A stretch of 24,000 nt of DNA, from NCBI GenBank assembly GCA_036388895.1, contig DASVQY010000054.1, positions 77,050 through 101,049 on the forward strand. The letters run 5' to 3'. This DNA comes from Pyrinomonadaceae bacterium. GTDB lineage: Bacteria > Acidobacteriota > Blastocatellia > Pyrinomonadales > Pyrinomonadaceae. Every line of letters begins with the position of its first letter. The stretch's first letter is position 1. Both the position numbers and the translations under genes were made by a program. Below are positions 16,601 to 23,739 of this stretch, in pieces. The notes beneath the pieces are model-generated. The model had not been told where the DNA came from. It saw only the letters and a list, made by a program, of their open reading frames with translations, and searched no databases.

Positions 16601-17309
16601 CCGCCGCGCTTTCGTCCTCCGTATCAATCGCGCGTTTATATCGAACCCATCTCGCCAAAGTTTGTGAATAAGGCTGCGACGAATCATTTTCCAAACGCTC
16701 GACAATCGGTCGGGCGGAATTCCAGTCAATTTTTGCCAGAGCCAGCAGCACGTCCTGCTGATTGTTCGGCACGTAATCATTTTGATCCTTTGTTTTCTGA
16801 GCTTCACGAACCAGTTCGGCGACAAAATGATTGCTGTTATGTTTCAGCCATTCCTTAAGGCGCAGTTGCGTGTAAGGTTCCATTTCATTTTCTTGCTGTA
16901 AATTGTCGTAGAACCTCTTGACGGTATCTGAAGTTCTGGCATCGGAAGGCAAAACCGAAAGGTAATTTACGAGTTTTTTCGGATCATTTTCACAGGCTTC
17001 GATAATTCTTTCGATTGTTTTGGCGGAAGGTTTTAATTGATAATTCAGGCGGTTGTAGCTTTCATTCTGCTTCGCCCAGTAATCGAGCAAATCTTCTATC
17101 GGCGCGTCGTCCGGCGGAATATTTTCATCGCTGTAGAAATCCTCCGTGCGTTCTTTTACCTTTCGTTCTTTGCCGTCTTCGTTCGGTGGCGCGGGCGCGG
17201 GCAAATCCAATAGTTCTTTTAGTAAAATGTTTGAATTAACCGTTTGAGCTTGAATTGTCAGTGATAAGAATAAGGTTGAGAGAAATATCTTGAGAAAAAA
17301 CCGGTGCAT
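13635..17309 (-). CDS. large secreted HEAT/ARM-like repeat protein with beta-rich C-terminal domain (function unknown)
   Basis: ATG 17309 has AAGGAG 8 nt upstream and gives signal peptide MHRFFLKIFLSTLFLSLTIQAQT. HEAT-like units are present (FAVRSAAARNLMDS; FRFAAISALVRYKDSRAVPALKFAL; ETRGVIVQALI). The C-terminal ~250 aa is strand-rich and TolB/propeller-like. No catalytic motif recognised. Confidence 0.75.
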   Translation of the reverse strand: MHRFFLKIFLSTLFLSLTIQAQTVNSNILLKELLDLPAPAPPNEDGKERKVKERTEDFYSDENIPPDDAPIEDLLDYWAKQNESYNRLNYQLKPSAKTIERIIEACENDPKKLVNYLSVLPSDARTSDTVKRFYDNLQQENEMEPYTQLRLKEWLKHNSNHFVAELVREAQKTKDQNDYVPNNQQDVLLALAKIDWNSARPIVERLENDSSQPYSQTLARWVRYKRAIDTEDESAAEKYRRMLQDIVENKTAAWAQRDLAMDALAASGDWKGRDEWYLSLLADETLLTIQDNGNTGLTTLISMSPPKKWIEKMIELVKSDNFAVRSAAARNLMDSFDGKNKEVLQALLPWLSDPNWAKPSRNSERGQLISALAEVDLPESIPSLIAIVMNEEEFRFAAISALVRYKDSRAVPALKFALSKEMNPETRGVIVQALIASGGLSDDEQMAALEAYATMISTPEGLAELNAFQYGYYGDSHEEEEPEEKAETKTLPLQISIGKTVGEQEEPSDGLVVRAVERLKVLRRTKPPVAAALAEIMQKWKGAAIFAEILRQIRIGEADIETILSALAKRKDFREKVPNELAMLRSSSGTTRGIGACLIEEESEYAGILRGTDAEARIAMLGCARLLRAKLPVAEVAEFTNDSNKLLALAAERWLESEDSPQARALVLARHPNEALILGARMAFVPEEKAIERKNLDALFESVNGIGYWSISFSNLKKNEEKLRSEIKAVPELTAVYATLPDAASGQQIIRVYKDKIVYTYEEDVARYWERILTAKEFENFYNFLLANKIDALPSFNNSSCEECQSSEFVMFGRSGGRRVFLRSTYNEKNVVKELFDYFESFKNENLALKYRFSDKVKGLEVLLADKNLEARAVWKKDADLRLLIEDKLKQKDIEKELLELQKSLYNIEIDEENSDQRQAQYAAFMKKRQEMAGAHLSWRNLQNGKLSASAAQPSEFSLFNRNAENFQSVINYSTPEWQVRAGNVEIRVAEPYEGGLYKINGSSNPVKFKEGLYANPIITADGKWAVATKAETDWSEPKTVVRINLQTGREYKINVLPSDAFYPIAFIGSHNKVLLYRAKGHFLRTSGAPIEAAQEISPEESWALRRRGKIKPNPSPKTPEYYLFDANTEAVQLIKGEFRPLWQQSVRRLQPTENPGEFWAAIYEKKTNETNIGRYDEKTFRFQPLIKIPDINLSGMDIWVDEKEAKIYFVYLGHLLALPLAAR

Positions 17310-17574
17310 TGTGAAAACTCCTTTGCGTAAATGCTTGCGCAATTATAAATGTTTGCTGTTGTAAATCAAGAACAAATTTTTACTAAAGACAAATGCACGA
17401 AGTTATTTTTATTTGTCTGTTAATTTAATCGCTTTATAGTTTTACAAATAGGAAAGTACTGGCAGCAAAGATATTTCGCGGTTTTTTAGAAAAATTCGTA
17501 AGGCAGGATAGGCAAATCGGAATTTGAAGCTGTTAACGGAATGAGGTTTTAATCTGCTCGCACGAAAATAAATA

Positions 17575-17625
17575 AAAAATAAAGCCTTGTCGAAAGTAAA
17601 ATCAACAAGGCTTTATTTTTTTATT
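17575..17625. terminator. rho-independent terminator after the radical-SAM gene (A/T runs on both sides)
   Basis: ATAAAGCCTTG-tcgaaagtaaaatcaa-CAAGGCTTTAT is flanked by AAAAAA and TTTTTT. It lies 10 nt downstream of the stop at 17635. Confidence 0.75.
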
Positions 17626-17634
17626 CAGGAACGT

Positions 17635-19668
17635 TTATGCCGAAGCCGTTCCCGATTTAGCTTTCTTTTCGCGTTTTATTCCGCCGATTTGAACGAGATT
17701 GTCACCTTTGATTTGATTTTTCTCCATCACCATTTGCTGATAAAGCTTGCGCATCATCTGCATTTCTTCGGCAGCGGTTTTAGGTCCTTCCATTTCCGGT
17801 TTGTTCGGACGCGAAAGATCAACTTCGTTCAAAATCAAATTGTGCGTTTTATCGCCCAATTCGACTTCTTTGCCGCGCGCGAAAACTTCGTGACGACCGT
17901 GTTCTTTATACCACTGCGCGACGGTCGCGTTCTGGTGCATATGCTCGATGATGTTTCTCCAGCCGATACCCGTATTGTAAGCGCAGAACGAAATTTCGCC
18001 TTCCTGCGTTCCGTAGGGAATAATGCACATTTCCGTGCGGCGGAAATCGTAATTGAACAAATCTTGGAACCACATACCGGCGATGAAAAGGAAGTTCCAC
18101 GGGTCTTTGCGGCGTTTTTCGATGTCTTCTATAGTGCGCGTGCCGTCAACTTTTCCGTAGTTTTTGCCCGACAAACCAAACGATTTATCGAATTTGGCAA
18201 AGATGCCGCCGAGCGTTAAACTTTCCGGCGCGCCGTATGGGTTGTAGTTTTTCAGAAGAGCCAAGCCCATCATAATATTGGAAAACCATTTTCCGCGAGC
18301 CGTGTCGGTGATGTGCTTCATATCTTCGACGAGTCCGGGAATGTGCAGAAATTCCGGCACCGGAGCCATTTCTTTGGTTTCCTTGTTGATCATCACGGCG
18401 GTTCCGACGCCGCAGTTCGGGTGGCAACCGCAGGAAACTTGTCCCCAATCGGCTTCCGGTCCGTGAACGAGATCAGCGAAATCGGCGAACGCGCCCATCA
18501 ATGAAAGCGGGAACCAATCGCGCGTCGGTTCAGTGATTCCGACTTGTTTCTGAACGTCCTGAGCCAGATGCGAAAGCGTATAACGCTGTTGTAATCGGCG
18601 CTGTTCGGTGATGTGCTCGTCGCGACCCGTAAATGAAACGGGTTGAAATGACACAAATGAAATTTTCTTCGGGTTTTCCAAAGCAAAACGAACAATCGTT
18701 CCGACCTGATCGTTATTGACGCCGTTGACCAGCGTCGTGACGAGAACGATGTCAACGCCCGCTTCGTGCAAATTGTTGATGGCGCGAAGTTTCACGTCGA
18801 ACAAGTTGCCGATTTGACGGTGCGAGTTGGCGTCGTTGCCGATTCCGTCAAACTGCAGATAAACGAAACGAAGACCGGCTTCGGCAGCTTCGCGGCAGAA
18901 TTCTTTGGATTTAGCGAATTCGATTCCGTTTGTCGCCGCCTGCACCGAATTGTAACCGACTTTTCGGGCGTAACGAATAGCTTCGATAAAGTACGGCGAA
19001 AGTGTCGGTTCGCCACCCGAGTATTGTACGGACATTTGGCGGCGCGGTTTGATCGAAATCGCGTTATCGAGAATTTCTTTAACGTCTTCCATCGAAAGCT
19101 CGTGAACGAATCCGACCTGATTGGCGTCCATAAAACACGGGTCGCACATCATATTGCAGCGGTTCGTCAAGTCAACCGTCAGAACTGCGCCGCGTCCGTA
19201 TTTAATCGTTGAAGAACCGTGATTGTGCAGTTTTTCGTCGTTATGAGATTGAATGTCTCGACCGGGAAAATTTGCTTCGATATGTTTTAAGAACTTAGAG
19301 TCAATCGCCATTAAGTCTTCAAAATGCCCGTGCTCGGGACAATCCTTAATCATCCAGATTTGACCGTCGCGTTCGATAATCTGGGCTTTAATTTCGCCGA
19401 CCTTTTCGTTAATGAGCGTTGAAACGTCGCGCTTTCCAGCCAAAATTTCTTCGCGCGCTTCGATAACGCAATTCGGGCAGAGCGAATCTGTCGTGCGCGG
19501 AAAGCCGAGCGTCGGTTTTGATTTCTGCCAAGATTTAAGCAGTGGTTTGTCCGACCATTTCGGCGTAAATGAAGGATTCGGTTTATATTGATTTACGGCT
19601 TTGATGGCTTTGAATAAGCCACTCGCCATATACGTCAATCCCTTTTCAAAATGTTTTACAGGTCTCAT
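17635..19668 (-). CDS. radical SAM enzyme with tetraether lipid synthase (Tes / GDGT-MAS, MJ0619-type)-like architecture
   Basis: GGAGAG RBS. An N-terminal CPNC is followed about 40 aa later by CPEHGHF (a rubredoxin/zinc-knuckle pair). The radical-SAM motif is TVDLTNRCNMMCDPCF (CX3CX2C), followed by GGEPTL. The large C-terminal domain carries extra Cys (SCGCHPNCGVG, FCAYN). Assignment is from remembered family architecture, not a search. Confidence 0.6.
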   Translation of the reverse strand: MRPVKHFEKGLTYMASGLFKAIKAVNQYKPNPSFTPKWSDKPLLKSWQKSKPTLGFPRTTDSLCPNCVIEAREEILAGKRDVSTLINEKVGEIKAQIIERDGQIWMIKDCPEHGHFEDLMAIDSKFLKHIEANFPGRDIQSHNDEKLHNHGSSTIKYGRGAVLTVDLTNRCNMMCDPCFMDANQVGFVHELSMEDVKEILDNAISIKPRRQMSVQYSGGEPTLSPYFIEAIRYARKVGYNSVQAATNGIEFAKSKEFCREAAEAGLRFVYLQFDGIGNDANSHRQIGNLFDVKLRAINNLHEAGVDIVLVTTLVNGVNNDQVGTIVRFALENPKKISFVSFQPVSFTGRDEHITEQRRLQQRYTLSHLAQDVQKQVGITEPTRDWFPLSLMGAFADFADLVHGPEADWGQVSCGCHPNCGVGTAVMINKETKEMAPVPEFLHIPGLVEDMKHITDTARGKWFSNIMMGLALLKNYNPYGAPESLTLGGIFAKFDKSFGLSGKNYGKVDGTRTIEDIEKRRKDPWNFLFIAGMWFQDLFNYDFRRTEMCIIPYGTQEGEISFCAYNTGIGWRNIIEHMHQNATVAQWYKEHGRHEVFARGKEVELGDKTHNLILNEVDLSRPNKPEMEGPKTAAEEMQMMRKLYQQMVMEKNQIKGDNLVQIGGIKREKKAKSGTASA

Positions 19669-20358
19669 AAATATTTCTCTCCGGTATAATAAATACTATT
19701 TTGCGTCAATTTAAATATTGGGAAGTATTAGAACTTGATTCATCTTAAATAAACATCAAATTCCAACAAGCAATAAGTGTGCCGCAGATTTATGTTCGTG
19801 ACTAGTGAGAATTTCCACTCAAATACGCAGATTGTTAGTAAGAATATAAATACATTGAGCTTCAAAATGACACGTAATCGCTGTTAAAGAAGGTAATGTT
19901 TACTTATGACACAGAAGGCTCGGTTGTTAGTGTAGAACGTTTTAGTATAGATTGGTTCTCGTTTCGACTGTTTAAGCCACTGCTTAATAATTTTCATAGT
20001 TGTGGAAAACTGTTAAGCTACAATATATTCTGCATTTTTCTAAAAAACAGCGAGTTTATATTCTTATTTTACGTTTTATTAGTTTTTTGTTCACCTTGTG
20101 TTCACTTTTAAGCAGTTGATTTAACTCTTACTTGAAGAATAAATTGCAAACCATTGAAAAAGAAACAGATAGATGAAATAAAAAAGATCTTTACTTCGCA
20201 ATTTCGTTATGCTAAATTCACTTTCACCTTCAAGGGAAAATTAGTTAAAGGACGGACGGTTATTTAACTAATAAATATATTCGATAGCTTTCTTCGTTGA
20301 ATCACATAACAAAAATAAAGCAGTATTTTTAGATTTTTGTTTTCTAACAAACGTAAAT

Positions 20359-21747
20359 ATGTCTATACGCTTCGGAACATCCGGTTGGAGAGCAATAATC
20401 GCGGATGATTTTACATACGAAAATGTCCGTGTCGTCACCGAAGCAATATGCAGCTATTTGAAAAATAATTCAAGCGGCGAACAGAAATTAATCGTCGGAC
20501 ACGATACGCGTTTTATGGGCGAAAATTTCGCCGCCGTTGCCGCCGAGATTGCCAAACGAAAAGGTTTTCGCGTTCTGCTTTGCGAAAGCCCGACTCCGAC
20601 ACCGACCATTTCACACGCGATTCGGAACGAAAAAGCAGCCGGCGGCATAAATTTTACGGCTTCGCATAATCCGCCCGAGTATCAAGGAATAAAATTTTCG
20701 ACGGCGGATGGCGCTCCGGCTTTGCCCGAGGTTACCAAACAGATCGAAGAATTTATCCGAAATAATGCGAAAGCAAACGAGGCTGAAGGCGGATCAATTG
20801 AAGTTTATGACGCGCGACCCGCTTATCTCGATGATCTGAAAACTAAAATTCGCTTTGACTTAATCGCCGGTGCGAAAGGCAGATACGCTTACGACGCGCT
20901 TTGGGGAACAGGTCGCGGTTATCTGGACAGGATTTTGCGCGACAATGGTTTAGAAGTCGAGACGATTCACGATTGGCGCGACGTGACATTTGGCGGAAAA
21001 TCGCCGGAACCCGGCGAAGATCATCTCGATGAATTAAAAGAGGCGGTCAAAACCAAGCGATTAGTTCTCGGACTTGCGACAGACGGAGACGCCGACAGAT
21101 TCGGAATAATTGACAGCAACGGCGAGTTTATTACGCCTAATCAATTAGTCGCTCTTTTAACGGATTATTTAGCGGAATCGCGCGGTTGGACGAACGGAGT
21201 CGCGCGTTCGGTCGCTACGACGCATTTAATTGACAGAGTTGCGGCAAATCGCGGCTTAAAGCTTTACGAAACGCCGGTCGGTTTCAAATATATCGGCGAA
21301 TTGATAAATAAAGACGAGATTATTATCGGCGGTGAAGAATCTGCGGGACTTTCGATTCGCGGTCATTACCCGGAAAAAGACGGAATTTTAGCTTGTCTTT
21401 TAGCTGCCGAAGCGGTCGCGGCTCGCGGCGTAAGTTTGACTGAACAGCTAAGAGATTTGACAAATCGGGTCGGGAATCTCGAATCGGGCAGAATCGGCGT
21501 TAAATTAACCGCAGAAATTGTCCAAAATTTGAAGGAAATACTTGCGAAAGAGCCGTCAGAAATCGGCGGACGGAAAATTGAAAAAATAAATAGAATGGAC
21601 GGCGTAAAATTCATTTTCACGGACGGAAGCTGGATGCTGATGCGTCCTTCGGGAACCGAGCCTTTGGTCAGAATTTACGCCGAGACAGAAAATACGAAAG
21701 ATTTGGAGGTGCTGCTTGAGCAAGGTCGTCGCTACTTATTGGACTAA
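20359..21747 (+). CDS. phosphoglucomutase/phosphomannomutase-family alpha-D-phosphohexomutase
   Basis: FGTSGWR at the N-terminus, active-site loop TASHNPPEYQGIKF, metal loop ATDGDADR, sugar loop GGEESAG and phosphate loop RPSGTEP. Confidence 0.9.
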   Translation: MSIRFGTSGWRAIIADDFTYENVRVVTEAICSYLKNNSSGEQKLIVGHDTRFMGENFAAVAAEIAKRKGFRVLLCESPTPTPTISHAIRNEKAAGGINFTASHNPPEYQGIKFSTADGAPALPEVTKQIEEFIRNNAKANEAEGGSIEVYDARPAYLDDLKTKIRFDLIAGAKGRYAYDALWGTGRGYLDRILRDNGLEVETIHDWRDVTFGGKSPEPGEDHLDELKEAVKTKRLVLGLATDGDADRFGIIDSNGEFITPNQLVALLTDYLAESRGWTNGVARSVATTHLIDRVAANRGLKLYETPVGFKYIGELINKDEIIIGGEESAGLSIRGHYPEKDGILACLLAAEAVAARGVSLTEQLRDLTNRVGNLESGRIGVKLTAEIVQNLKEILAKEPSEIGGRKIEKINRMDGVKFIFTDGSWMLMRPSGTEPLVRIYAETENTKDLEVLLEQGRRYLLD

Positions 21748-21784
21748 TTCACAAACGGTTTGGACAAAACCGCAAACGGCTACG

Positions 21785-22099
21785 ATGCCGAGGGAAAGTC
21801 GTGCAAAAACTGTCAGAAGCAGTGAACGCACAACTCCGCAATGGGTTATCTTTACCGTTATAGCTACGCTGACTTGTATGCTTTGCCTTACGGTAAATTT
21901 CCGGGCATACACGGAAGTGCAGCAGGAAATGAGTCAGAACGAAACATTATCCGCGCAGGCTGAGATTTTAACGACCGAAAATTTGGCTTTGCAGGAAGAA
22001 ATACACAGTTTGAAAAGCGACCCGCGCGCCATCGAGCGCGAAGCCCGAAAAATCGGGATGAGTCGCCCGAATGAAAAGATTCTTGTGCCGACGAATTAA
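21785..22099 (+). CDS. ftsB: septum formation initiator (FtsB/DivIC family)
   Basis: A short N-terminal tail, one TM helix (WVIFTVIATLTCMLCLTV), a coiled coil (LSAQAEILTTENLALQEEIHSLK), then the conserved DPRAIEREARK.GM..P.E tail. The start at ATG 21785 is preferred over the overlapping TTG at 21716. Confidence 0.8.
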   Translation: MPRESRAKTVRSSERTTPQWVIFTVIATLTCMLCLTVNFRAYTEVQQEMSQNETLSAQAEILTTENLALQEEIHSLKSDPRAIEREARKIGMSRPNEKILVPTN

Positions 22100-22209
22100 A
22101 TAACTGCGGAGAGTTTGTTCGCTGACACAGATAAACCTGCCCTGAAAATAAACCGCCTTTTGCCTATCAACTCCGCTTTGCCTACAGCTTATCCCTTCCG
22201 CCAAAAATC

Positions 22210-22250
22210 GCGGCTTATGTTTCCCGAACGTAAGCCGCACTTCCTTTTTA
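22210..22250 (+). terminator. rho-independent terminator after the phosphohexomutase-ftsB pair
   Basis: GCGGCTTATG-tttcccgaa-CGTAAGCCGC (10-bp stem with one G-U pair) followed by ACTTCCTTTTT. Confidence 0.6.
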
Positions 22251-22288
22251 GACTGCGAATTACCAAGGACGAATTACGAAAGCGCTTA

Positions 22289-22367
22289 ATTTACTAATGA
22301 TTTGATTTACTATTTTTGATTTACTATTAATAAATGGCAATTTACTATCTTTGTATAGATTTACTAT
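22289..22367 (+). repeat. five direct copies of ATTTACTA[T/A] immediately upstream of the deacetylase gene
   Basis: Copies lie at 22289, 22305, 22319, 22340 and 22359. Copies 2 and 3 share TTGATTTACTATT; copies 4 and 5 share ATTTACTATCTTT. The last copy ends 11 nt before ATG 22378. Confidence 0.85.
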
Positions 22368-22377
22368 CTTTATATAA

Positions 22378-23322
22378 ATGAGCCATTACAGAATTTTTTA
22401 TTCGCCGTATTATTACGCGAACATCGGTGAAAATCACGTTTTTCCGATTAGAAAATTTGAACTCGTAAGAGATAGATTGCTGGCGGAAAACACTTTGCAT
22501 CCGTGGGAAATAGTCGAACCGGAACCGGCGGAAATCGAAGATGTTTTGCTGGTGCACACGGAAGATTACACGACGCGCCTGCGAAACGGAACTTTAACGC
22601 GGCAGGAAGTCCGAAAGCTCGGTCTGCCCTGGTCTGAATCTTTAGTCAAACGTTCGTTTCTCGCCACTTCGGGAACGATAAATGCGGCTAAAGAAGCCTT
22701 AAATTCGGGCATTTCCTCAAATCTTGCGGGCGGAACTCATCACGCTTTCCCCGACCGCGGCGAAGGCTTCTGCGTTTTGAATGATGTCGCCGTCGCGATT
22801 CGCGTGTTGCAGAAAGAAAATCTGGCGCAAAGATTTTTAATCGTTGACTGCGACGTGCATCAAGGCAACGGGACGGCTTTTATTTTCAAAGACGAGCCGG
22901 AAATTTTCACCTTTTCGATGCACGGCGAGAAAAACTATCCTTTGTTCAAAGAAACTTCCAGCCTGGACATCGAGCTCGCCGACGGCACGGGCGATGAAGA
23001 ATTTCTCGAAACTCTCGCCGAAGCTTTGCCGCGAATTTTTCTGCATAACCCGGACATTGTTTTTTACCTGGGCGGCGCAGACCCTTACGAAAACGACAAA
23101 TTAGGACGACTGGGATTGACAATTGAAGGATTAAGGAAACGAGACGGAATGGTTTTATCGTTTTTCAAACACCAGCAAGTTCCTATCGTCACGACGATGA
23201 GCGGCGGTTACGCGCTCGACATAAACGATACGGTCGAAATTCACTGCAACACGATTCGAGCGGTAAAAAAGGTATTCTTTAGCGAAAATTACAAAACGGT
23301 TTTGCGCGGAAATGCCGTTTAG
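22378..23322 (+). CDS. histone deacetylase-family (class II-like / acetylpolyamine-type) amidohydrolase
   Basis: Catalytic motifs AGGTHHA, GFCVLNDVAV and DCDVHQGNGT (Zn ligands D..H..D) plus GGADPY and SGGY. Confidence 0.85.
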   Translation: MSHYRIFYSPYYYANIGENHVFPIRKFELVRDRLLAENTLHPWEIVEPEPAEIEDVLLVHTEDYTTRLRNGTLTRQEVRKLGLPWSESLVKRSFLATSGTINAAKEALNSGISSNLAGGTHHAFPDRGEGFCVLNDVAVAIRVLQKENLAQRFLIVDCDVHQGNGTAFIFKDEPEIFTFSMHGEKNYPLFKETSSLDIELADGTGDEEFLETLAEALPRIFLHNPDIVFYLGGADPYENDKLGRLGLTIEGLRKRDGMVLSFFKHQQVPIVTTMSGGYALDINDTVEIHCNTIRAVKKVFFSENYKTVLRGNAV

Positions 23323-23339
23323 CTGAAACTCGAAATGTT

Positions 23340-23367
23340 TTGACATTTACTTTAAAAGCGTGATACT
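23340..23367 (+). promoter_or_regulatory. sigma70-like promoter for the riboswitch-led transcript
   Basis: TTGACA (23340-23345), a 16-nt spacer, then GATACT (23362-23367) with TG immediately upstream. Confidence 0.5.
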
Positions 23368-23419
23368 TTGCTTCTCACGAGTTTTTCCGAAAACTCGTGA
23401 AAATCGGTTCTTTTTCAGT

Positions 23420-23610
23420 TGTAAGTGTACGAAGTCCCGCTTCTTGAGGCGGGAAAGGGGAAGCCGGGTGAAAATCCCGCGCGGTCGCGCCACAGTGAAA
23501 GCCATTTTGGATTTTAGGTTTTAGATTCGGATTAATAGAAAATGTTTATTTAATCCAAAATCAGAAATCCAAAATTGGAAAGTCTGGAAACCTGCCTTTG
23601 TACATTGCGC
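23420..23610 (+). promoter_or_regulatory. cobalamin (B12) riboswitch
   Basis: The core GGGAAAGGGGAAGCCGGGTGAAAATCCCGCGCGGTCGCGCCACAGTGA matches the conserved GGGAA...GGTGAAAATCC...CGCCAC.GT core. The B12 box AGTCTGGAAACCTGCC lies at 23581-23596. P1 candidates are TGTAC (23426-23430) and GTACA (23600-23604). A long AT-rich peripheral hairpin spans 23504-23575. Confidence 0.85.
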
Positions 23611-23683
23611 CGTCAGAATGTTTCGCGTAAAAGCATTCGAGGCTCGCGTCAGCGTGTTTTTTGTATCTCCTTTTGGTGAAAAA

Positions 23684-23739
23684 GCTCTGTCTTTCCGTTC
23701 TTCGAAGTTTTGAAGCGGAAAACGGAGCTTTTTTATTTT
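23684..23739 (+). terminator. expression-platform hairpin plus T-run that also buries the GGAG of the downstream gene
   Basis: GCTCTGTCTTTCCGTTCTTC-gaagtttt-GAAGCGGAAAACGGAGC forms an imperfect stem, followed by TTTTTTATTTT. Confidence 0.45.

Noticed and set aside
17587-19212. Plus-strand ORFs 17587..18219 (210 aa) and 18766..19212 (148 aa)
   Set aside because: They are antisense shadows of the radical-SAM gene, with Arg/Phe-rich low-complexity translations and no RBS. The minus-strand frame carries unmistakable enzyme motifs.
19896-20111. 71-aa ORF in the AT-rich gap
   Set aside because: It has no SD, a Phe/Leu/Ile/Cys-rich composition that mirrors AT-rich DNA, and no recognisable motif. 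I cannot fully exclude a small membrane peptide, but there is no positive evidence.
23376-23399. Perfect 10-bp hairpin CACGAGTTTT-tccg-AAAACTCGTG as the terminator of the deacetylase gene
   Set aside because: No T-run follows it on either strand, and it lies just downstream of the predicted TTGACA/GATACT promoter. It is more likely part of the riboswitch leader, and its role is unresolved.
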